Of a stretch of DNA of 64,000 bases, positions 39,165 through 49,778 are shown one piece after another. Origin of the DNA: Neoechinorhynchus agilis. Its lineage: Eukaryota; Animalia; Acanthocephala. The position numbers were made by a program, and so were the translations under genes. The stretch lies in the NCBI GenBank assembly GCA_051530055.1, contig CM121341.1, positions 8,906,784 to 8,970,783 on the forward strand, written 5' to 3'. How positions within the stretch are numbered: position 1 is the stretch's first letter; every line of letters begins with the position of its first letter. The notes beneath the pieces were generated by a model. It saw only the letters and a program-made list of their open reading frames with translations, made no database searches and was not told the origin of the DNA.

Positions 39165-40388
39165 TTTTGTCTTGATCGACGAATCAAGTGAAGAATCAGT
39201 CAGAACGGCGAAGACGAGACCTGTAATTATTGATCGACTGGTTTTTGATTAGCTAAAGGCAGCAGTACCTTCATGGAGGACAAGATGAGATCCATGGCAA
39301 ATCGGCTGTGTGCTCATCTTGAATGGAATTTAAGATGATGACGGTTTTTAACGTAAAGGGTCCGTAACTTATTCGGTTATTTTCTAAATTTCAGCAAAAA
39401 CAAGCAACAGATTTCCAAAATGATTTATAATAACACGATGGATCGAGTTAAGATCGGCGAGGGACGATGGGCGGCGAAGGGTGAGAAGGAGTGCAATGAA
39501 TTAAAGGCTTGATTGATCGGAAAGTTCAATGGGGGGAGGGCTAAAAACTTCATTTTTTATAGGAGTGACAAACAATGAACAGTGATTTGATTCTGGAGCA
39601 TTTAAAAACCGGTCTTAAAACGAAATGATTGTTCTTAAAGGGCCAAGAAGTCGCACCTCCCGAGAAATTGCCGAGCTCATCGTCCATAAAATTGCCGAAA
39701 AAGGAAATCGTAAAGGGTTTTTGGGTAGTTGTGATTTACGAAGACCGGGTTCTCTTTAATTGTAATGTGGTTTCCATTTAAGATCTCTAAAAACCATTAA
39801 CAGTCTACAAAAAATAATGAGTAAATGTGGCCAACGATCTCATCCATTTTAAAATTGCGGTTAGGGGAAAGAGACTTTTGCTGTGCAGTTAAAATAATAA
39901 CAAACCTTGATGAAATGTAGGACTTATCCAAGTCGCCAACGATCTCAGCCGTTTTAAAATTACGGTTAAGGGAAAGAGACTTGCGTTACAGCTGAATATT
40001 CATTCTTCGGCTTAAATCACTATGGATACACGAATAATTGATTTTAGTGTCAAAAAAGCCTCCTGGAAACCGTTATTTTGGATGTCGAGAACACTCAAAA
40101 TGGCGAAAAATTAGAATGGGCTATCATCGGCACTTTAGTGAGTGTTTCAAGCCGAAAAACTCAATGAATGGAACGAATGAAAAAATCGAACTTCGTCGAA
40201 TAGTTTTGATCATTGGAGCAGTCGGCCACCACCACATAAAAATCAGAAGAGAATATCAAATTTTTAAGATTCTTCCAGACTTGATTAGTCATCATTTATT
40301 TTGAGTGATATCTTGAAAAGAGCGACGTGTGTGTGTGTTCGGCTCAACTCGTAACTTTTTGTTTTAGCTCCTCGTTTCTTTTTTAAAG

Positions 40389-41009
40389 ATGAAGCGATTT
40401 CTTTTGAACAACAGCGACGACAATCATCACCGTAAAAAGACGTCATCGTCGAATCAGGACGACAGCGAGAGGAAGGATGATATTGGCCGTAGCTTTATTG
40501 GCGTGGGTCCTCCGTATTACTCCTGATGTCTCCCACGCTGCAATAAAGGAGGGCAGCAGTGGAGGTGGTGGTGGTGGTGTGGATGGGGCCCAGGTCGTCG
40601 ATACCAGTTCTGATCACTTGACAATCTCGTTTGTGTGTAAACACGACGTTCAATGGCATCTGATCGTTTTAGCCAATAGAACGAAAGATCTTCTCATCAT
40701 TCAGCCAGACTCTGAAAACACAAAAGCCGTACGGAATGGAATTGTGGACATTCTTGATTATGCCGAACGACAACTACATCTGAAACGTGCATTTGTTGTT
40801 GTACAAAGAGATTTCGTCTTTAAGCAAAAAAAGACGAAACCTCTTTAATAACAAACACCAGTTCTAACTCGTTCATTCAACTCACTAAACGTCTTGGATT
40901 CTATCACATTCCACCGTGCAATATGCTGAAAAACATCGCAGTCCACAATCTGGCCGGGAAAAACCGTTCCCAATCCATCGTTATACTTAAACATGATCTG
41001 GGCCAATAA
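40389..41009 (+). CDS. OAZ: Ornithine decarboxylase antizyme (ORF1 40389-40526, +1 frameshift into ORF2; C-terminus in a third frame)
   Basis: 45-codon ORF1 ends GVGPPYYS-TCC TGA. The +1 frame gives DVSH..GIVDILDYAERQL..AFVVV; FIQLTKRLGFYHIPP lies in a further frame ending at 41009. Confidence 0.9.
40521..40565 (+). promoter_or_regulatory. Antizyme +1 ribosomal frameshift site and 3' stem-loop
   Basis: TCC TGA T at 40521-40527; hairpin 40529-40541 / 40553-40565. Confidence 0.85.
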
Positions 41010-41149
41010 TCTTCTCATCCACCAATTCATCCTTATTACAACAATAGAAACAAAAAATAAATTACTTCGTCGACTGATTTTGTGATTTCTCAAACCATTC
41101 TCGAACACTTTCACCCAATTAATACATCAACGACTTTTTTTGTACCAAT

Positions 41150-42700
41150 GTCAAATTAAGGCACCTTTCCCGGGTACGAGAAACGTCCAGAAAGGAGGTT
41201 GCAGTACTCAGATCTAGAATTCATCATAGTCCATTTCTCACCTCCTCTACGAAATGGCCTTATCGCTTGCGTCTATCGCCCTCCTGCCTCTCGCCCGAGT
41301 CCTCTTTGCTCCAACTTGATTCTATAACGGGGCTCATAAACTCCACAAATTCACGGAATTTCTTAATTACAGCTGACTCCAACATTCTATTTCCTCTCCT
41401 ACCCTTTTTCCGAGTTGATTGGCTTCCCAACTCGTCTTGACGCTAACCTCAACAAAGTGTTCACAAATAACGACGCCTACTCATCCATCTCTCAGCTATC
41501 CATGCAAACTATGACCACTCTTCTGCCCCTATTACTCAATCCACCCCTCCTCAGCGTTTAAAATCTTTCCTTTTACCCATCTGGGATAAACGGGATCATC
41601 ACATCCACAATTTTATAAAATTGTTCAACTCTAATATTCGCACACTCCACTCTGGCAACATAAATGACCCTTCCTTGGCCATGCCCTCCCTAACTTCAAT
41701 CATAAAAATTCCCTAACTTCGGCAATTCCTAAGAAATTCATTAGAATCACCAACCGCGACCCACCTCGTCAAAATCAAACATCTAAAGCCCATCGAAAAT
41801 AACTCTCCAGACTTTCCCCGTCTACAAATAGCTCGAACTAACAAAATAATCGCTGCCCGCAAAACTTCTTTTCCTCTAAAATTCGATCAGGTGGCAACTT
41901 AACATGGTGGCGAGCCGTCAAGGACTCTCTTGGTCTACGCCACCCGGATCCCTAATTTGTCCTCCACTGAATTAAAACAGGCTCTGGACTCCATTAATCA
42001 GAACCTCTGCCCGAATTCAATTTACAGTCATTGCTGAACATTAGACACCACACAATCTTTCACGCCCACATCTGAAACGTTTGTCGAATCTCCAATATTC
42101 AGTTTCGTCATACGAAGTCTTGCAACATTTTAAGAAATTTCCTCGAAGTTCGTCCTCTCACTTCGAAAATCTCAAACTGGGCTCTTCGCTGCTTCATCTC
42201 CGAACCCATCGACTCTCTTACCCATATTATAAATCGTAGCTTTTTATATGTCATCTACCCCTCATACCTGAAAACTGCTAAAGTTATCCTTATTAAACAA
42301 AAGGACATCCTATTTCGATCGAATCATTCCGTCCAATTTCCATTCTGAGCGCTCTTTCAAAAATCATCGAAAAATGTTTTAAATCTCGCCTTCTTTCACT
42401 TCTTCACGAAAAGTTATCGCCCCTGCAATTCAGCTTCCGGCTCAAATTTTCTGCAACCGATGCCCTACTTTGCATTTGTGACACGCTTCTACGTAACCTC
42501 GACAATATTCCCTCCCACGCCACCCGTCTCAATCAACTTTATTTATCAAAAAGCTTTCATCTCAGTGGACCATTCACTCCTTCTCCGGGCACGCTCCGAT
42601 TTTGGTCTCAACTTCTGGCAGATCCGCTGGCTCAAATCTTATCTTCACAATCGCAAACCATACATTCCAGTTGATTTTCCCACCGCTCGCCAAATGCCTT
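41150..42700 (+). mobile_element. Heavily degenerate APE-RT LINE (CR1/L2/Jockey group)
   Basis: IACVYRPP endonuclease motif, KTAKVI.I, RPISILSALSKIIEK, Q..FR..ST.DAL, SKAF..VDH.LL and WL.SYL.NR in shifting frames. Confidence 0.75.
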
Positions 42701-42709
42701 TATAAAATT

Positions 42710-43412
42710 CTCATAAAACAATCCAAATGAGTCTCAACTCTACCACCACAATTTTTACCGCATTTTATTCCCCATTTCGCATGAGCACAACACTCGTAAT
42801 CCCAATTCGTTTCATTCTGCCTCTACCTCGCACCTCCCTCGACATCCGCTCCTTTTTCCATACTGCCCAATATTCCCGGATATCGAGACTCTAAATGGAC
42901 CTAAGGAAAGACCCAACGTCACAAGCTCTCTTGTAAACAATATCCTTCAATCCTCACCAGAGCGGATATCCCCCGACCGGATGTTCCCACCCGACCAAAA
43001 CAATAATATACTAAATAATCAACAACTGCATTCTTTGAACAGCTCTGAACTCGAATGCTTATGAGGACCCAAAGGTAAATGGGTCCTCTTTTTTGGGCAT
43101 GAATAAATAAAAGTGTTATTATTGCCTTAAGCACGATAATCAAACCGATGTTGTCTACCATTTTACCATTTATTTTTATCATACGAAATGAAGCACACAA
43201 AATGTCATCACTTTTTCACGAGTTTCAATCGTACCTATTTTAAGGTTCGTAGTCCATTGAATCTGTAAAATCTGGACTCGCCAAATATCTCGTGGCTCTT
43301 AATAACCTCTCTCCAAACTTAATGGACCATTCGTTCGAATAGGTTCGCTCCTCACTGTCAAAAAAAGCCATAGCTAATGCAGATTTAAGTTTCCTTGTGC
43401 TGAGATTAGAGC
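42710..43412 (-). repeat. Inverted duplicate of 7454-8444 (PCH2 3' end plus flank), lacking the 72-bp expansion
   Basis: Near-identical sequence; the ORF at 43240 ends with the same SNLSTRKLK..DSMDYEP*. Confidence 0.95.
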
Positions 43413-44455
43413 CCACAAAAACGGATCGGATATTCCCACCCGACCGAACCCGTAGTCGGCAAAAAAACGAAATGACTGCGTGTTTATGAGGACCCAAATG
43501 TACATGAATATAATTTCTAAAGCGCAAATAATAAAACGTGTTCACTCATCATAATCCATTTTTGATTGGTATTTTTAATTTTAAAGGTCAAACCAAAAGA
43601 TAAGGGAAGATGATAGAATTTGAGATTTTAAAAGTTGTTCTGATAATCTTCTTTTGCTTTTGTAAATGGCCTTTTTAATGAAATAATAGTTTGATCGTTA
43701 TTTTTTGAAGTGGAAAGAAGATCGCAAAACTCAAAAACAAATAAGAAACGAGACGTTTGAAGTGCAATGGTTCTAAATTTGATAGTTTAAGCATTTAATT
43801 ATGGATGATCGATTCATAAGAATAGCAAATGAGGTGTTTTGCTTCGAACGAAAGCCTTTGTTTTTGAAGATTACTGTTATAAAAACCATATATTTTTGTT
43901 TGGTGATTGAGAAAATAGATACTAATTTTCTAATATTTCGTCTGTTTCGTCGGATATCTTCAATTTGTTTTTTCTCTCGATTACCATGAGCATAATCATA
44001 TTTTTATAATTAAAAGTTGTCATTCTCAATAGTTTTCAATTTCTCGGTGCAGAAAATAATCAGTCTTGAGAATAAGTGTCTGATAATCCTTTTGTTCCTA
44101 ATGTACGGTTGTTTTTGTGTTTAAAACCTATCAGACACGGATGTAAATGAGTTCTATTTAAATTCTGCTGATTTGTTTGCATGCATCGTTAAATGGTTCT
44201 GCTGAGAAGGTGGTAATGGAAGAGAAAATTGATTTTTTTTTCAGAATAAATGCGAGAATTTCCTTGAAGCATGCTATCTCCAATATCTAAATTTAAGCAT
44301 TTTTCATGTCTCGAAGGACGTTTCGTTCCTACTTATTTAACATCCATATATTCCACCACACGTTTTTTTAACACTCATCCCGTCTACTATTTCCCTCTCC
44401 TCCCCCGTTGGAGCCAGCAGAGCAACCTCAATAGCTTTCAGATCGGTGATACACG

Positions 44456-44755
44456 ATGAAATCTATTAAGTATTTGGTAAGTTTAAACCGGTGTCTATAG
44501 TGTTTTTTAATTCCCTCTTAGAAACTCATTTGGCTAGCTATGATGGTGTTGACTACCAGCGGATTTAAAGTGATCCCTAAACTGGAAGATCCAGTTGACG
44601 AAAGTGATGGAGACAATGCATTCGATATCATAGGTCCAATGACTTTTCTACAAGGATCCGGCGCATTCGTACCTGCTTTAATATACGACCAAAACATTCG
44701 CAAGCCTTATCGCCGTCCAATGCTTCAACCACGCAAACGATTTAGATTGGATTAA
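44456..44755 (+). CDS. Small secreted peptide precursor candidate (84 aa; 45-nt intron 44477-44521)
   Basis: MKSIKYL|KLIWLAMMVLTTSG signal-like start via a canonical GTAAGT..TTAG intron; RK, RR and RKR basic sites near the C-terminus. Confidence 0.65.
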
Positions 44756-45478
44756 CGATTGGATTCAAATCACAAAAAATATTAATCATTGTTGTGAGTC
44801 AATGCTCGTGATTTCGCCTCAATTAAATCAGTAGTATGAGTCTAATGAGGGGGGGGTTTGAAGAATATATACTCAATAACGCCATCTCCCATTTCTTAAT
44901 TAATCTCATAAACCAGTGACATCTTATGGATCGGATTTAACGATTAAGTCGTTTCCACTGCTTTGTCAAATCGATTTATTGAAATTAAGTGTAAAAGCAA
45001 CACTGAAGCTTCTATATTTCTAGGTTATTGCTACCATTTTTCTCGTCGAACTTCTTTAAGCGTCGAGTCTCAACGCTTTTTAACAAATCTAAGATTGCTA
45101 ATCATTGACAAATTTCAAAATATTCATAGCTTTTTCGTGTGAACATTTTCACATAATTAGCTTTTATAAACCTTGACGATCTATGAAATACACGACTTTT
45201 CCCGATCAAAGAATATTGCTTTGCGATTACGAGTCAAAATGAATGTAGTTTAAATTTTTAATTTCAAGTTTTGATGAGTCTAAGACCTCGATGATTACGA
45301 TACGTTTCCTTTTCAAGTCTGTATCTATTAAATTTCACAAATCGTTTTTTTGGTGTGTGTGTGCCAAACGTTCATGTTTGATCGTGAATTCCTTATTGAT
45401 TTGAGTGTGACTACAAACTAATAAACAGTCGAATATTTACACAAGTGTTTCCTTTCTCTCTCTTGTTGTCAAAAGAGT

Positions 45479-47029
45479 TCACGTTGGTTGAGATTTATCC
45501 TTTAAGATCACGACAATAGCAGTCATATCATCTCGAATCGAACTAGGACTACTGTGAGCTATTTCCATTGCGAGCTCCCTTTGATCGATATTATGTGGAT
45601 TCCTAGCCAGTGCATACCGTATAAGATGTGTGGCGGCATTATCATCCAACTGAACTCCTTTATGTCGAAATATCTGTTGAATTTCAATCCGCCTTTCGTC
45701 TATTCTCGCAATAGCTGATTTAGCCTCGATTGTTCGTTGTTCACCGTTGTCATCGTAAAGATATCCGTCTTCGTCGGATTTATAGGGTTCTTGTAGAAGC
45801 TCACGCCCGATTGAAAATGCGTTTGTCAAATTCACAATGTCATCCACTAAAAGACTGTCTGTAAGGCCATCACTACACAGAATAAGAAAAGAATCGTTTT
45901 GAGTAAGTTTAATGGTCCTTGTTTCGGGAATAGCAGTTAGATAAGGAGGTGTTTCATAGTTAGCTAACATGAACTTATCTCCCAATACAGGCTGGTAGAG
46001 TTTATGCATCTCGTCTAAATTAGCTTTTAGTCTAATATCACCAAAAGCACGAAACGGGACGAGGTATCCGAGGAGTCGTTGCTGATATACAACATTGCAC
46101 CGCTCAATCTCAGGATGTTCTGAAAATACTCTATCGCGTTCTGTTAAATTCATGGCAGTGTGAGGTTCAATGGCCAACCGAGCATGTACTCGTTTTTTAT
46201 CGTCTGGATCTGTGGAACCAATAATCGCGACACAATCTCCAAGGCCAGCTACAATAAGTTCATCATGATCATCATTGAGGTAGACGGTGATTGCACAGGA
46301 ACCACTTTGTCCTTTTAGAGATCGATCAATAATGGCTCTGTCCATGTTAAGACTGTCGAATTGTCCATCTCCCATTGATTTTCTCACATTGATAGCATCT
46401 TTGGTTTCATTTAACAAACAACGATCAATATGACCGAAAGCCGCTTTTAGGACGTCCTCATTAATTTCGGTGAATCCGTGTTTGTCACACAATTTCCTCC
46501 ATTCATTGAGGCATTCATATCGATCGTATCCATGAACCGAGTCAACTGGTTCTTCAATTCGATTCGTACTTATTGTGTGACAAATGTCGGTTTTGTCACT
46601 GCTACCTAGAACCATTGATAGACATTCATGTAATCGATTACTGACGGCATTTGCACATTGGCCACCTCCGTGACCGTCGAAAACACTCATGAGAAATCGA
46701 GCTTCATGATGATCGTTGCCGATTCGTGACACGATGAACCGGTCTTCACTTGGACAGTTAGCTGCTGTATAGTTTGTGTAGATTGAAGAGCATCTATAGG
46801 TTGTCTGGGTGGATTTCTTGAATACTTTGGTTTGTGCGTTGTCGTTCAAAATTCGATTTACTGTCCTAGGACTCGGATGCCGCCGTGTCATCCATGGATG
46901 CCGAGTAGAGGGCGGAAGCATATCTTCTCCGACTGTCATTGCCCATCTTGTCAAAGAAGTTGAGTGCACATTTCTCGCAACAATCAAAATATATCTTAGT
47001 GATTTTGAAGATATTTTCGTTTTCAACAT
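45479..47029 (-). CDS. PDP1: Pyruvate dehydrogenase phosphatase catalytic subunit (PP2C family), intronless
   Basis: Mitochondrial-type leader, AANCPSEDR, VFDGHGG, GDC.AI, LLG.LVPFRAFGD, PPYLTAIPE, LILCSDGL, NAATHLIRYAL and RDDMT. Confidence 0.93.
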   Translation of the reverse strand: MLKTKISSKSLRYILIVARNVHSTSLTRWAMTVGEDMLPPSTRHPWMTRRHPSPRTVNRILNDNAQTKVFKKSTQTTYRCSSIYTNYTAANCPSEDRFIVSRIGNDHHEARFLMSVFDGHGGGQCANAVSNRLHECLSMVLGSSDKTDICHTISTNRIEEPVDSVHGYDRYECLNEWRKLCDKHGFTEINEDVLKAAFGHIDRCLLNETKDAINVRKSMGDGQFDSLNMDRAIIDRSLKGQSGSCAITVYLNDDHDELIVAGLGDCVAIIGSTDPDDKKRVHARLAIEPHTAMNLTERDRVFSEHPEIERCNVVYQQRLLGYLVPFRAFGDIRLKANLDEMHKLYQPVLGDKFMLANYETPPYLTAIPETRTIKLTQNDSFLILCSDGLTDSLLVDDIVNLTNAFSIGRELLQEPYKSDEDGYLYDDNGEQRTIEAKSAIARIDERRIEIQQIFRHKGVQLDDNAATHLIRYALARNPHNIDQRELAMEIAHSSPSSIRDDMTAIVVILKDKSQPT

Positions 47030-47659
47030 ACTGTACGAAAAGAATTTCGCTTCTAGAAGCAGTGAACGGTATCATTTATCCTTCTTTTTTTGTTGAAAAA
47101 TAACACACTTGGCAATGGAGCCATTGCGAGTTTTTGACAGTTGTGTGGGTGTTGCGGGGGAGGCGAAGTGGTAAAATAACAAATTTATGTCTTTATGTGC
47201 AAAGATAGTCACTGAAACTCATGTGGCTATTGCCGTTTCGATTAAGACACTTTGGAGAAGCGTCGTTTCTCTTTACTTTAGAGGCGATGAGTAACTTAGA
47301 AATGTGGAAGACGTACTTTGGACATTAAAATCCATCATAGTTTTTATCGTTCGTTTTCGCTAAAGACGACGGAAAAGATAACGAATGTCATCTGCCACAT
47401 TCATAAAAAATCTCTTTCGTGATTATTGAGGAGTGAATGTGGCATCGGCACTAGTTCTAAAAATTCGGTTTAGAGCGCTCATTTGCCGGACCATGAGTTG
47501 ATGTTCTAATTTCTTGTCTTTTAGCTCCGCATTTCGAGCTACCAGAACAGAATTGGACTATGATTGGCCGATTCGAAAATATTTAAAAAGGAATTTATGA
47601 TTAAAATTCATTGTGGAAAAAAACGGCGCCCTCTAAGTTTTATCCAAAGGATTCTAACA

Positions 47660-47958
47660 AATTTATTTGTCGATAGGAGAAAATAAATGAAATTAAGATT
47701 TTATTGGATATTTCGATCCATTATCTCGGATCTTCTTCAGTGATTGTTTTCGGGAGATACAAAGCTTACTAGACTGACAAAAGTAAGATTTTATTGGATA
47801 TTTCGATCCACTATCTCGGATCTTCTTCAGCGATTACTTGTAAGTTTTTAAATTAACACATATTTAAAAACTTACAAGCAATCGCCGAAGAAGATCCGAT
47901 ATAGTGGATCGAAATATCCAATAAAATCTTAATTTCATTCTCTCCTATCGACAAATAA
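47660..47958. repeat. Palindromic mini-element with three hammerhead-core copies
   Basis: Arms 47785-47852 / 47861-47930, extended by 47660-47710 / 47931-47958. CTGAAGA-A-GATCC-loop-GGATC-GAAA-TA-TC at 47740-47707 and 47830-47797 (minus) and 47885-47918 (plus, U4C). Confidence 0.8.
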
Positions 47959-49288
47959 CAATGAATTATCTTTTCAACATGATTCTAACAAAGTTTATGC
48001 TTAATAACGACGGACGATTACGACACGTTCTCTCAAGTTCAATTTAAAAGCATTGAACATTCCCTGCAACTTTGGCTTTAAGAACATAGTACAAAAGATT
48101 TGTTTTCACGAATTAAAATAGGCAATTCGAAAAGGACAAAAGCAGAATCAGAGTAATCTCACTAATTTTTCACTAATAAGCAAATAAAATATTGAAGAAA
48201 GTAAATTTTAAAATCATTTATTGATCTGCTTTTTAAACCATGAAAAAAGCCACATTTACACACAATAAATGTAACCGAATATACAGACTTTAAAAAAAGA
48301 TAATAGAAAAGGTAAATGTAGGCAATTCGAAGGAAAGATAATTCAACAAGTCTACCAACTATTCCCAGTTAGACAATTTTAGTTGCCACGCTCGGTGGTA
48401 CAACCACTATTAGACTGCAGCAACGTCGCATTGCAAACACAGAACGGCGGGAGATCCCAAATTACATACAGAAGAGAACTCAAATGTCGCTAGAAATCAT
48501 TACTACTCGTTTGCTTAAGGGGATTTGTGTACGTAATTTCTCGATTTAAACCACTTCGCAATTTTCTTTGATTTAATTTTTTGATAAATAACATATTAAT
48601 GCACACAAAAAGAAGAGAATTCTGAGAAAACGATAATCGGTTTTCGTGTCAGCCAGGCTATGTGATGTACAAAGGTGATGATTCAACTTTAAACTATGAC
48701 ACACACAAGAGTTTCTCACGATCCAATGTTGTTGGCAAATAATGTTGTGAAACCGTGGAAAAGTGATACGAAGATTTCCCCGTTTCTTGAAGTATATAGG
48801 AAAGACAACCGACGGTGGAGCCATACGCGCAGTCTGGGAGTGGAGGAATGAGACGCGGTACGGATTCAGTCTATCTCACGCCGTCTAAATCGAGTTACAC
48901 CTTGAATGCAGAACAAATCCAGCTCTGATTTTTTTTCTTTAAAAACAAAATGGGATTGTTTTAGTTTTCTTAAATGAGAAAATAACATCCATAATGAGCG
49001 AACGCCGTTTACAGAAAAACGAGAATAATAAAGATTATTGTCATATATCATTGTCCTCGGAGTGAATTTGATTGTACGTTGGTGGTGTTGTCATTACTCT
49101 TTTTTTTATTTGAGAAATATTTCTAATAAAAAATGAGTAACGACAACACCGGGGACAGGATTCGCCAACGTACAATAAAAATTATCTTCAAGTAGATCAA
49201 TTACTTCTAGATTACCAATATTTCAAAGTTCGTGGTTTTTTAATGCCCCAAAATTCATTCTGGTTTGCGCTTCGTCTCCATTGATCGT

Positions 49289-49418
49289 GGATCTCCGCCA
49301 AGGATGGTCCCAAGCCCGGCTCAAAAAGGAAGAGGTTGGCGTCAGGAAGGGCATCCGACTGTAAAATTCTTGCCAAATTTTGACCCAAATGACAATGAAC
49401 GAATCAACCAAAGGAGCA
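49289..49418 (+). mobile_element. 130-bp twister-ribozyme-headed retroposed insert with 17-bp target-site duplication
   Basis: Direct repeats tcgtctcc(a/g)ttgatcgt at 49272-49288 and 49419-49435. The insert has CTCC-GCC..GG-TCCCAAGC-CCGG..AAAA-GGA.GAGG, the twister pattern, then gcgtcaggaagggcatcc..gtaaaa. Confidence 0.75.
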
Positions 49419-49778
49419 TCGTCTCCGTTGATCGTATTGAAGATTAATCCGTCTCTTTTCAAGGTAACGTCGCATTTTTTTATAGTCGCTCATTTGATGT
49501 TGATTTTATTAAGAACTAAAAGAAACACTTTTGTTCAGATTATAATCTCAAAATATTCCCAGCGGCACAATAACAACTTCGATTTTCCGGACTGAAAACC
49601 GTAAATTTCATCAAGAATCAGAAGGGATAATTAAAAATTTTTCGGAGGGGGGGGGAATAGCGAGTTAATAGATGGACGGACAGTGATACTGAGACGGTGA
49701 GATTTCTAAAAAATATCCAAGTCTGTCACACGAGTTTGAATTTTTAACATTGAACAATCGATAACCTTGATTTTAAGG

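Noticed and set aside
40529-40557. H-type pseudoknot after the antizyme stop (TCTCC/GGAGG with GCTGC/GCAGC)
   Set aside because: It would need a zero-length loop 3; a single long hairpin explains the same complementarity.
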